Assembly: GCA_051294905.1 (NCBI GenBank)
Contig: CM119372.1
Location: forward strand, 13,578,001 to 13,642,000
Source of the DNA: Botryllus schlosseri
Lineage: Eukaryota
Reading direction: 5' to 3'
Length of the DNA: 64,000 nucleotides
A program made the translations under genes and the position numbers. Shown piece by piece: positions 22,973-35,039 of the stretch (position 1 is its first letter; each line of letters opens with the position of its first letter). Below the pieces are notes generated by a model. The model ran no database searches. It saw only the letters and a program-made list of their open reading frames with translations, and had not been told where the DNA came from.

Positions 22973-25421
22973 GATAATGCCAGATAATGCCAAATATCTC
23001 GGAGTTTTACTGGACTCGAACATGTCCTGGAAGAGTCATATTCAGTCCCTAGAAACTAAATTATCACCGAAGTGCGGCCTGTTCTACAGCCTTGGGCGCT
23101 TCATGCCAGCATGGGTTCTTCTGATACTCTTTAAATCCTTAATCCAATCGAAGTTACATTATGGCAGAGGTCTCAAACTCAAATGTGCTCGCGGGCCAAT
23201 TTCTTAGTTTTGATGACGCCACGGGCCGCACCACGAATAATAGGGATATTCAACGCAGAATTTTCTAGTAGGCCTTGTTTGACGGGAGCTTGAAGACATA
23301 GGCATTCCACAAACATCATGAAAATGTAATTTACTATTGTACTATTCACGCTTGACACGGAAAAATCATATTTTCAAATATTTGAATGAAATTGTTTTTA
23401 TGGCGGGCATTATTTGTTCAAATAATGAATTATAGACATCATATCATGAATTCATGACATCGTCAAACTGTCGGGTTATAATATTGAAGCTAGTGGACCT
23501 TTGACGTGCCACAATTTTATGTAGAATATTTTAAAATCTATACTGACGATTGATCTGATAGCTGAACATTTGAGCGGTGTAGCCTAATCCGGGTTATGAT
23601 ATAGTCGTGGTAGGTAGGCTATTGTTATGTCATTGCCAAAGTCAAATTAAATCAGCGTCAGACTTTGCCTTCGATAATTATTGGAACATATCAATTACAA
23701 TTTGAATATTCATTATTGAGCCATAGTAATAGCATTGTTTCTTAATATTAGGGATCGTACCCCGCGTGCTTCCAATAAGATTTCTCGTAGCACCTGGACA
23801 TTTTCAACACAATTTCTGTTTGTACCTATATAGAAATTAGAAAGCCCATACACGTAAAATCGCGGGTAGCGGGAAGACCATTTTTCAGCTGAATAAATTG
23901 ATCAAGAAAATATTCCACAGAGCATAGGCCTAATTCCACAATGCATTTCGTACCCCATGATGTGGTGCTCCGTACCACGAAGGGGTCTACGGACCGTGAT
24001 TAAGAACCCATGGAATAGAAATGTTCAATCGCCGATGAATTCATTGGTGTTACAGCTGTGGAGCGTACTACTACCTTACTCGCCGCCGATGATAATAACA
24101 TGGATAAAGAGATCAAACAACACCCAGCATGTAACCAACTATACGTCACGGGGGTCACATAATGCCGATGGTTGCCATACTGACCTGATTAGATAGCTAT
24201 ATATACCCTACGCAACGCAAGCTACGACCTTTTGATATATTACTATTCCCCATGACAGTTTCATAGATTGTTGCATCCGCAGGATTGCCAAGTCACCGTT
24301 CCGAGTTGCAAGTCCTTTTGCGATTTTAACGTTTGACTCGACTCAACTAGAGTAATTTTTATTTAATCACCCAGTCAATCCGAAATCGAGTAATTTTACG
24401 AAAGATCGCACAAAACCAAATCACAATTTTCAGTCTCGAATCATCAACGGGTCATGTTTTATCATCATGAACTGGAAATGTGACGTAATAGTTGATCTTC
24501 TACCGCATGGTAGCTTTTAAAAGTGACGTGATAGTGTAGTTTGTTGAGATTTCATTGTTTTTATAGCAGTTTTGGGGTGAACTTCAAGTTCTTATATCTA
24601 AAAAAGATATGTGGCACTGGAATATATTGTCGAACATTTGAAATTCGAAAAATGCCGTCGCGGGCCGCACAAAATGCTCTCGCGGGCCGCGTGTTTGAGA
24701 CCTCTGCATTATGGCATCCTCTGTTGGGGGGCTGCCAGTAAAACTGCACTCAAGCCACTGCAGAAACTACAGCATAAAGTGCTCCGAATCATAGCTAGGG
24801 CCCCAAAGGGGCCTGGCTGCCCATCCAATAAGTCGCTGCTGAAGAGATTCGGCGTCCTAAACATAGAAGATATGCGGAAACTAGAAATCGCCAAGTTTAT
24901 GTATCAGTTTCACTGCGGTCGTTGCCCCGAATATTTCAATGACTTCTTTACCTCCGAATCAAAAGCGCACAAGTACAACACACGCGCGTCCACGTCGTCC
25001 AAATATCATATGATCGACCGAAAAGATCATCGCTCCATCAAATATGCCGGACCTGATGTGTGGAACAGTATCCCGCCGGCCATCCGACAGTCGACGAGCA
25101 TGTCCACATTCAAGTCGAAATACAAGCAATTACTACTAAATAAATACAGTCCATCCTCAAGATTACCGGACCACGACTGACCTATCGATCTCGCTTCCCA
25201 TGACATGCCGCCCTATTTCTTGTCGCATTCTTCTTCTATACTATCTTCTTTACTTTCATTCAGTGTGCATGCCTCCTCTTTACATCGCCTAGGCCAAGGT
25301 GGGTGTCAGATTCCATAGACTACTCCTTGTCGCTTCGACATCTTCCTGTCTTTTCATTGTATCGCAAATTTGTAGTGTATTGAACTGATAAAATTGCTAA
25401 TAAACCAATGATGATGATGAT
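22973..25421 (+). mobile_element. 5'-truncated second copy of the same LINE inserted antisense into the host copy (LINE sequence 22973-23164 and 24707-25421)
   Basis: Encodes DNAKYLGVLLDSNMSWKSHIQ...LHYG|GILCWGAASK...LPDHD, ends in (ATG)n, and is flanked by GAGGT at 22968-22972 and 25422-25426. Confidence 0.9.
23165..24706. mobile_element. Non-autonomous hAT element, 1542 bp, inserted in the inner LINE copy
   Basis: TIR CAGAGGTCTCAAAC / GTTTGAGACCTCTG with perfect TSD CATTATGG (23157-23164, 24707-24714). Confidence 0.94.
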
Positions 25422-27356
25422 GAGGTAAAGAAGTCATTGAAATATTCGGGGCAACGACCGCAGTGAAACTGATACATAAACTTGGCGATTTCTAGTTTCC
25501 GCATATCTTCTATGTTTAGGACGCCGAACATCTCTTCAGCAGCGACTTATTGGATGGGCAGCCAGGCCCCTTTGGGGCCCTAGCTATGATTCGGAGCACT
25601 TTATGCTGTAGTTTCTGCAGTGGCTTGAGTGCAGTTTTACTGGCAGCCCCCCAACAGAGGATGCCATAATGTAACTTCGATTGGATTAAGGATTTAAAGA
25701 GTATCAGAAGAACCCATGCTGGCATGAAGCGCCCAAGGCTGTAGAACAGGCCGCACTTCGGTGATAATTTAGTTTCTAGGGACTGAATATGACTCTTCCA
25801 GGACATGTTCGAGTCCAGTAAAACTCCGAGATATTTGGCATTATCTGTGTTGGAAACGGGCTGACCAGCGATATTAACGGTTAGGTTATTTTTTGAATTA
25901 ACTGTCAGCAATTGCGATTTGGAGGCGTTTATGCAAAGGTTGTTCTGGGCCGTCCACTCATGGACTTTGGGCATTTGGTCACCAGTCAGGGCATCTAGCT
26001 CTGCCGTCGAAGATGCGGAAGAGAGGAGGTGAGTATCATCAGCGAACAGTGTGGTGTTCAATGAGGAGGTTTCAAAAATGTCGTTGACATATAAGGTGAA
26101 AAGGACCGGTCCAAGTACTGAGCCCTGGGGCACACCACAGGTCACCGGGTGAGGAGAGGACAAGGTGTCTGAGATCGCAACCATTTGTTGGCGTCCAGTG
26201 AGGTAACTTTTCATGAGCTCAAGTTGTGGGCCCCGAAGTCCGTAACGCGCCAATTTCGAGATGAGAATTTTATGATCTACGCAGTCAAACGCTTTTTTTA
26301 GGTCGAGAAAAATGCTACATCCCACATTTCGCTTCTCTGAGATATCATAGTACTGTTCGGCCACTGTTAGGAGGGCATGAGCGGTTTGGTGTTTGTTTCG
26401 GAAGCCAAATTGTTGAGGGGAAATGACAGACATTTTGGCGAGGAATGAGGACAGGCGGGAGAGGAGCAACTTTTCGAATACAATCCCGATGCATGGGAGA
26501 ACGGATATCGGACGGTAGTTGGTGACATTAGTTCTATCCCCAGCTTTGTGTACAGGGACTACTCTGGCTTTTTTTAGATAGCTTGGGTAGACTCCATTTT
26601 CTATCATGAAGTTGAAAAAATGGGCCATATATTGACCGATATGCAGGCTTATCATTTTTAAAAACCATGATGGGATTTGGTCATAGCCGTCGGCCTTGTG
26701 CGATTTCAGTTTGTGGATGGCTACTTCTACTTCGTATTTGGTCGTAGGTTCAAGCACAATTGACTGGGATATCGATCTCACCTCTGACCTGGCCGACACA
26801 GGTTTTGTAATAGAAGAAGCAATATTTGGGCCTACGTTACAAAAATATTCATTGAAGTGATTCGCGATGGCCGCCGGGTCTGAAAGTTTGTTTCCGGTAT
26901 CCGAATTCACAATTTCCGAAACAGACTTATGGCCTTTTTTCCGATGTAGGAGAGAGTTAAGTCCTGACCATGTTTTTCGAGTGTCCTTTATGTGTCTGTT
27001 GAAAAATCTCTCATTGTACTTTGCTTTTGCCTTGGAAATGAGATGCACGGTGCGATTCCTGAAACGTCGAAATCTTTCTCGTTCATGTTCTGGGCAGTTC
27101 TTGGTGTCTATTCGGTTATGCCACCGGTTACGTTTACGGATAAGTTGAATCAGCTTTGTGGTCATCCACGGATTTCGCTTCAATTTTCTTTGACTTCTCG
27201 AAAGGCGCTGTAGAGGTGCAAATTGTTCCAGCAGTGATTTGATAGCAGACATAAACTCTACAAATTTTTCGTCAAAGTTGTTTACCGAGATGTGGGGGAT
27301 GGCTGATGTTTTAAATTGATTGAATGCGGCATCATCGAGCGCTTCTTCGTCCACTA
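25422..27356 (-). mobile_element. Host CR1/L2-group LINE, ORF2 reverse-transcriptase region (ORF 25516-27354, 612 aa); 5'-truncated, no endonuclease domain
   Basis: RT motifs NYRPISVLP, QFGFR, FLDLKKAFDCVDH, GVPQGSVLGPVLF, LFADDT and KYLGVLLD. A 2-nt insertion near 25530 frameshifts the C-terminus relative to the inner copy. Confidence 0.96.
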
Positions 27357-27404
27357 ACTATCGTCGATTTGCTTCGGACCGCCAGTGCAAAACGAGACTA
27401 TGGA

Positions 27405-27690
27405 TAGGGTTACCATATTTTAGAATCGGGAAAGGAGGAAAAATTTTCAAACCCAGAATTCCGGAGAAAAATCTAGAGAAAATGGTAAATTGGTAAATTT
27501 GTCTTGGTCGGTTGACACTAAAAAAATGTCATTTTTCCGGCTCGCCTCCCAAAATGCCCGCCAGAGCTTTACTTCGGTGCTGATTTACGGTATATCACTT
27601 CAATTTCGCACTGAATTTGACCAAAATTCTCAAAAAAGAGGACAAAATCTCAAAAAGGAGGACATTTGGGCGTCCTCGCAGGACATTTTG
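27405..27690 (+). mobile_element. Truncated TAGGGTTACCA hAT-like MITE
   Basis: Left TIR plus AAAAGAGGACAAAATCTCAAAA...GGACATTTGGGCGTCCTC, shared with ~10790-10850. The right TIR is missing. Confidence 0.65.
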
Positions 27691-27694
27691 ATGG

Positions 27695-27905
27695 GCGAAA
27701 TCGCATGTTGTGCATCCCGCGCTATATTTTCATCGGTTCAATGCACGATATATAAGTAATTTAAAATTTGAAGGATTATATTATCCATCCATATTTAAGA
27801 ACTATTTAAGGTATTAGTTTATGTTTATGTTGATTTTATATAGAGTGAAATCAATCACAACCCCGTGAAGAATATGGCTCGAAGTATGATGTCTTTTTAC
27901 CCTTT
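27695..27905 (-). repeat. Dispersed repeat segment, inverted copy of 32296-32508
   Basis: Direct alignment of ~210 bp by eye (AAAAGACATCA.ACTTCGAGCCATATTCTTCACGG ... GCGATTTCGCCCATCAA). Confidence 0.85.
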
Positions 27906-27922
27906 AAGGTCGGCACACCGAT

Positions 27923-28558
27923 AGTCGATCAACAAGAGAAAGGGTGGTAGAATCACGGAAATAACCGAACCCTGAGATTCACATCAGCACTGCTGTATGG
28001 CCGTTCCGACAGATGATCATGTTAGAATTGGCATGGTAAGGTATTATCTGTTCTGGTATTGAACTTATGGCTGTTGCAAGATTGGTCTTCAGTAGATAAA
28101 TGGTTATACCAAAATATGAGCAAAGATATTCAGCATTGAAAAGATATTTTACCGGGGCAAAAGTAATAGAGTGTTACGATTGCCCCTGACACGCTTGACC
28201 ATGATTAGCGTCTTAGTATGGTAGGCTACCTTCCCGGCGATGCAAGTCCTAGTTTTCCTATCATCACGGTAGACTATTGTAACATTGTCCCAGCTACATA
28301 TATTACGTTGTAAATGCTTGAGGTACTATCCGTCAGAACAAAGTATTCCAGACCAGACAATGTTTACTCAAGGGTCCAAAATTTCGTTTTTTTCAAATTA
28401 TTCTGGGGTTGAGCGTCGTAGCTCAACGCAACTCCAGGTATGGTAGGAAAGATAACTACCGCATGCGCACTCAAAATAGCAAGGCGATATCTCCAACCTA
28501 CTAGCGGCGAGGTCGATTGTTACATTTGCCCCTAGTCACATTTGTCCCCGGTCTCCCC
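27923..28558 (-). mobile_element. Inverted copy of the TA-flanked Tc1/mariner-like fragment at 433-1073
   Basis: Ends TTTGTCCCCGGTCTCCCC followed by TA (28559-28560). About 640 bp of homology. Confidence 0.8.
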
Positions 28559-28829
28559 TACCATTAACCGGGTCGGTTTCGTACCACCTTCGCAGGTGAC
28601 CGAATGCCCAATCCATTGTGCACGCTGAACAACAGCACCTTGGTAGAAAATGCCTAATATTTGTAGGGAGATGATGGAATGAATGTGGTATTCAAATGCC
28701 AAAATTCTATGGGGCGTAGCCTGGAAGAGTTCAAACTTCTATTTCTTTAGTTTAATGCAATAATAAAAGTTGAGCTCCCGTTTCGTTGTTCAATTTGTTT
28801 GTTTTTAGTTAGAAATAAGATTGTTATAA

Positions 28830-29073
28830 TTGCCTCGCATAGGTGGTACAATTGCCCCTGCGTACGGCGCAATTGTAACATTTGAGCGGCGATTTTCGCG
28901 ACCCAAAATTTCCATGATTGAGTGTTGATTGAGTTCCATTTTAGTTTTTATATCAACTATCGAGTTGTTGGCTTCTTTATATAAAACTTTGGAAGTGAAA
29001 TTTCCACGAGAACAACACGTAATATTGAGTATTAGACAATCCCAAAAGTGTTACAATTGTCCCCGGTCTCCCC
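28830..29073 (+). mobile_element. Terminal fragment of the same TIR family (other end); start approximate
   Basis: GTTACAATTGTCCCCGGTCTCCCC followed by TA (29074-29075). Its interior differs from the 433-type end. Confidence 0.6.
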
Positions 29074-29089
29074 TAGACGCTCACGCTCA

Positions 29090-29475
29090 GTCACGGGCCG
29101 GGGTATTCAATGTATTTCCAAGTAGGTAGCCTATTATTTGACGGGACCTTGTATAGACTGGCATAATACAAACATCGTAAAAATGTGGTTTACTATCGTA
29201 ATATTCACGCATGAGGCATGACACGAAACAAATCATATTGTTAAATATTTGAATAAAATTGTAGGCTAACTTGGCATAACTTGTCAAAATAATGAGATAC
29301 AGACACAATGCGAGGGGGAAATGCATATCATTGCATGGTAAAAGCTGTTGCGCTACAATTTTGTAGCTATAGCGGGTATTTGACGTGCCACAATTATGGG
29401 TAGAATATTTTAGTATTTAACAAGGATTGATCTGACATCACAGCATTTGAGCAGTGTATCCCAATCCAGGTTACA
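29090..29475 (+). mobile_element. Diverged partial copy of the left part of the hAT element at 23165-24706
   Basis: Collinear motifs CACGGGCCG, TTTGACGGGA, AAACATC.T.AAAATGT, ATTCACGC, TTGACGTGCCACAATT and CATTTGAGC.GTGTA. Confidence 0.7.
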
Positions 29476-29479
29476 TTTC

Positions 29480-29850
29480 ATTTTATTCTACTCGTGGTCC
29501 AGCTGCAACCCCCAAAATCAGCTTTGCAATGTTGCAGTGTAACGAAGTTTGGTATTGTGACGCAATTTGAGAAGCAGCGGAAACAGCAAGCGTATTGGGC
29601 ATTGTTTGCGTAAGCGATTGAGCATTCACTCTCGTGCGGACTTGCCCCTAAGCTGCACCGTATTATTCCAGCCGGCATCGCATTGTGTGTCTTGTATATT
29701 GCATTGTACATGTGTCTTGGGCAGATGAAAATATAATCTGTCCATTGATTGATTGATTGATTGATTGATTGATGCAACATTCGAGGCTGATTTTAGGGGT
29801 TCCAGAACCACGAGCAGAATAAAATCTATATTTTCGCAATCAGTACCAAC
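29480..29850. mobile_element. Core of the 46547-47206 foldback family, containing a SINE/LINE-like tail ending in (ATTG)n
   Basis: CCCCAAAATCAGC...GCTGATTTT.GGGG inverted motifs are shared with 46740-47030. The segment ~29680-29772 resembles 5170-5230. Confidence 0.65.
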
Positions 29851-30146
29851 TCATACATATACTATGATTTGTGATGATGTACGCAGGAGAGGTTAATTGG
29901 GGTTCGACATCGAAACCCTGTCCATCTGATATGCCAATAATTCTATCCCCAATATTTATAAGCTAATTTGCAATGAAGTGATTGGTATCAAGCTGTTGTT
30001 TTTCGACCGAACAATACGACCATGACACATTCCAAGGCGAAGCCGGAGTTTATTGGGTCAAGTTATTTAACTTGAATATTTTCTTCGCGCCTCGCGCGAT
30101 TTAATGTCTTTAGATGGCTTGATTTTATAATCATTATAGACGCAGG

Positions 30147-30270
30147 TCATAGTATGGTATGGTATGGAACGAAATTTCGGTATGGAATATGGAAGAGTGC
30201 AAGTATGGTATAGTATGGAAATTTCACAAGTATGGTATGGAATGTCATTTCCATACTTCCATACTTTTCG
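30147..30270. repeat. (TATGG/TGGAA)-rich short MITE-like repeat, with a relative at ~30950-31043
   Basis: Iterated GTATGG/ATGGAA followed by an inverted TTCCATAC; the same layout occurs in both copies. Confidence 0.55.
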
Positions 30271-31619
30271 ATACTTTGGCAGTTTTGCCAGAATATTGTC
30301 AATGATCTTACTTTCGAATTGTCAAATTGATCGCACACCTCAGAAAATCGCTCACTGTCAATGTTCATATCTCAAATTGCGATTTATCACTCACCCACCC
30401 CGGTCGACATCTAGTTGAAGACAAAAAAGTAGCGCAATACGCGCATATGAAGGAAAATAATATTAATAATGAATATCCGAATCAAATCAAATTTAATCAC
30501 AAAAACGAACGATATTCGACCGCTGTCGCGTTACAACTTGCATTTCGCATATCGTAACTGCCACTCCGCAAACTCCCAAAGAAGTTTTAAAATCGTAGAT
30601 TCTGAGAATGTAAAAGTTACATGAATCTTTTTATGAATTTGTTGAGCTTGGAAATAATTTTCTGCGCTTTGGTGGGATTATTATCACGTAATGTCTATTT
30701 GACATAACCGTCATTGTAATTCAAAAATATGTAGCTTGTCTTGGAGCGACGTTACGATATGCCGGCCTCCAACACGCATTGAACTTCATAAAATTTGGAT
30801 AACTCTGATATAAGAATTATATGGCTAATGAATCTAATGTGTGGCCCACAAAATGTCGAGAAAAATTGGCATTTGATCCGCTGTACACACATATCAAAAA
30901 TAGAATATCACTTGAGAGTTTGGTTAAGTTGCGAAAGTTTGGAAAAAGAATCAAATATAATGTGGAAGAATTGTCAAGTATGTTATGGAACGATTGGGCG
31001 GGTATGGAGTATAGAAAATTACCAATTCCATTCCATACCATGTGCATCGGCGAGGTTTTGAAATCAGTTCCGACACATTGACAGATCCAGGGTCCATCCA
31101 CAATTGTAGTAAATCGTCGTGCATTACAATAAAGTAGAATACTACTAAATTTTTTCTTCACGCTTCGTGTGATTTAAATGTCACACTTTTTCTTGCTTAT
31201 AATGTTTGTACCCCTGCTGAAAATTGAAAAAAAAAACTAATTTACGCGATTGAGTCTAACTATATTCGAAATTATACGAGATAAAAACTTTTCTCGTTTG
31301 CGCTCACAGAAAGATCTTCGACGATGAAACCTAGGCACAAAATGATTGTCGCATATCAGCGGAACCATCATCGATATCGATATGTCCAGATGCCGAATAC
31401 CTCTGTCCTTGAAAACTGAGCACAGCGGGCGGTATATACGGTAGACCCGCAATATAGTCAGTATAATGATATTATTGACCTAGTTCATTCATGAAGTTTG
31501 GAAATTTTTCGCGTTTCGCGCGACTAGTGACCCGCGCACTCGTTCGTCCATTGGATGTGGCCCTATAGTCGAAAAGGTTGGCCACCCCTGCTTTAAATCA
31601 TTATTCCAATCAAAGTTAA

Positions 31620-32000
31620 AATTTGGCACCATCTGTTGGGGCGGCTGCCGGTGTTAGCGCACTGAAGCCACAGCAAAAACTACTACACAAATACAACAAA
31701 CAATTTCTACTGAATAAATGCTAGTTAATCTTCTAGTTTACGGACCACGACCTGACATATCGATCTCGCTATCCGACATATGCTACCTTGTTTTGTCACA
31801 CCATGTCGTTTTATATTATCTTCTTTTACTTTTCATTCAATGTGCACGCCTCCTTTTTTACATCGCCTAGGCTAGGTGGCAAGTCTGATTTCGAAAACTA
31901 CCCCAAGTCTTTTCGACACCTTCCTATCTTTCATTATATCGCAGTCCTGTGGTGCATTTAAATGATGAAAGTTTTAGCAATAAATTGAATTGAATTGAAC
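31620..32000 (+). mobile_element. Old, internally deleted 3' fragment of the CR1/L2-type LINE family
   Basis: Matches the GILCWGAA..ALKP region, then jumps to the ORF2 end and 3' UTR (CGGACCACGAC.., TACATCGCCTAGGC, TTCGACACCTTCC). Tail is (TTGAA)n. Confidence 0.8.
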
Positions 32001-35000
32001 TGTAGGAATTTCGAAATATCAGTTTTTTCCATGGCTCACAAATAAACCGGCATTGTGTCTTGCATTTCGTCAGCGTTGCAAGTCTTGAGTGGATGAAAAT
32101 AATGACCTTGTCATTTACAGGGGATGTCTAGATATCCCTAGTCTCGTTTTGCACTGGCGGTCCGAGGCAAATCGACGGTCGCATTACGATCAAGCTTGTT
32201 CCAGAAGAGGGCGCTCTCTATTAGCATATCTGAATATTTCCAATGATCTGATTCTGACAACGTCCCGCGACTGAACGTGTACCAAACTGTACCATTAAAA
32301 AGACATCACACTTCGAGCCATATTCTTCACGGGATTGCGATTGATTTCACTTCATATAAAATCAACATAAACATAAACTAATATCTCAAATAGTTCTTAA
32401 ATATGGATGGATAATATAATCTTTCAAATTTTAAATTACTGATATATCGTACATTGAAATGATGAAAATATAGCGCGGGCTGCACAACATGCGATTTCGC
32501 CCATCAATAGCTGCACAAAACTGGAATTCGCGAAAAGATTTACTGAAAATTAGAAATAAAATCATCATTTAAGAGTGTGCGCATTTTAGATGCGCGTCCG
32601 TGTTTGTGTGGAATACTTATATTATATTTTTTATTCCTAAAATGTATATTATTGTATATTCCGCATATTGTACGCGAATCGACAATGCGACCGGTAGTAC
32701 ACGATTGGGAGCTCTCAAAAATCTATACAATTTTGACGATTGAGAAAATACAAAATACCAGAGAAAGGTGGTTATTCATGTTGATATATTCGAATCATAT
32801 AGAATTGGAATTCGAAAGAGGCGATTAGATTCTAAAGTCCAGGTTCACATGGAATCGAATTGTCCAGCATCGCAGCTAGGGTTGCATTTAAAACAAACGG
32901 TGTCTTTTAAAAAAAGGCCGTTTAAAAAAACAAAATTGTGTTTTTTTAAGTGGTAAAGACATGCCATAATTGTGTGAATACTTTACAAAAAACATGCTGT
33001 ATGAGCCTACGGACAATTACCACCCGATATAGCCGACGTATATCGATATGGGATGGTTGCAACCTTCGAAATAGTCGGTTTAACAGCAATAGTAAATATA
33101 TTTCGTCAAAGGAGCTATTTTTACCCTATATTTTCAATTGTCAAAGTCAATCCACTGTGACGTCACAATTGAATATTCGTGACGTTATGGCTTTGCAAAA
33201 ACACAAAAAACAATAAAAAACATGTTTTAAATTCGGGCCTTGTTATAAACATGTTTGTTTTAAATTGTTTTTTGTTTTAAATGCTGCCCTAATCCCAGCT
33301 CGTGATTGAAATTTAATACGGCTTGGAAACATATGTCACGGTGAACCCACCAATAACCATCATTCATTCTACGATGATACATTCAGAATGCAAGTGCTTC
33401 ATGCAAAATACAGCGAAAGCTGGCGCAATGACGTATGTTACGCGCAACAGATATCCGACAGGCTCTGTAACGTCATCGCGATAATTTTCCCAGACTTCAT
33501 CAAACCGACGAACGGCATGCCCTCCGAATCAGAACTCCTATTACGAGTAATCGCGGCCACTAATCGAAGAGCAGTTGTCAAAAAAAGATCGATTCGACAC
33601 TTCACCAAGTTCGTGAACGATTACGCTTTAGCTTCGGCATGGCCTAAATTAAGAAATCTGACGTCAAACTAGGACGAACGCGTAGTTGTGACGCGGCGTT
33701 GTAAACAACCAATTGAGGAAATATCATGTGTGAATTGATTGTGTTAATTGAAATGGCGGCGATTTGAAATTGTTTGTAGTTTGGGAATTAAGTAATCATG
33801 CATCTTCGATGATCCTGCCAAGAGAAACAGGCCACGAGGCCATTGGGAATGGGATACAGTCATCGACGTAAGAGGCGTGGGGATACGGACAAACAATTGC
33901 AATACCGGCAATACTGACGTCAGAATAACAGCACTGCCACTATATGCCGGACACAGAATCGGAATAACGAAATAGCGCGGTTATCGAGCGTGGAGTTTAC
34001 ATTGCTTGGATGGTAGCCTAAAATCACGAAAATATACTTAACAAAAATCCGCATTGTTTTTGCAACGAGGCAAAATGAATGTACTGAATTAATCTCGTGT
34101 CTCACTGGAGTTTTGTTGGTCAATTGCGCCTCATTCCATGCGAAATAAACAATTTGAAACAATGATATCCTTTTACAACTATGACGACGATTTCCGACGG
34201 CAGAAATTCTTGTCTGACTTGATATCATATTGACATTGTCACCAGATAGCATACAAAGAAAACTACATCGTCGTTTTTTGTGTAGTTTACTTTTCAGTGG
34301 CATTTTTACCGATTTAGTTCGAATATAGTTCATTTTCAATAATCTATGGAAGAATAGAACACGTGAAATAAATACTAGCTGCTTAAATGGGGCGCGTCAC
34401 AAGCTACTATAAGGCGTACAAAAGGAAACGCCGTCACGCAGAATACAAATCTGCCCATTCCCCCATTCTAATGGATAAATAACTTCGAAATAGCTATCAC
34501 CATGCCATTCTTTCGATCATCGAATCGCATATTATCTTCTCGTGTCGTTTTTATCCGGCTGAAACCTTTTAGTTGCCGTGCATCAAATAAACATCTAACG
34601 CCGCAAATTCTTTTGGTAAATTCGATTCATGTCAAATACCCACTGCGAGGATACGTTTAGCGTCATATGCTATCTTTCAGTAATTTGCCATTGCGTCTCA
34701 CGTTACAAAGGTACCTTCTGCGGTATTTGTTTGAGCCGTGTACCTTTCCCACGGCGGACTCCAGCCGCGCGCCGCAGGTGGGGAAACTGCCTCTTATAAC
34801 GATCGTACTCATTCAGGTTTATCGCATTAGTCATGGTGTGCAAAAACTGTCTTTTTTCATTACAGTCGCGGCAATATTAGCCGGATGACCCCCAACAATC
34901 GATAGATATTTCAAAGTGTATTGGTAGTCACACCTGAACCGTGAGATTTGGAAGGAACTGGAAACGTTTTGTGATAAGTCAAGCGAAATTAAATTTCATG

Positions 35001-35039
35001 TGTCGGCAAACGCAAGTATATGAACGCATTTTAAAATCT

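Noticed and set aside
22056-27356. Twin-priming 5' inversion of a single LINE insertion
   Set aside because: Twin priming inverts sequence without duplicating it. Here the RT C-terminus, 3' UTR and tail are each present twice, with diagnostic differences.
33388-34339. ORFs 33388-33672 (+) and 33920-34339 (-); also 56928-57278 (-)
   Set aside because: No recognisable domains or convincing exon boundaries; their lengths are compatible with chance.
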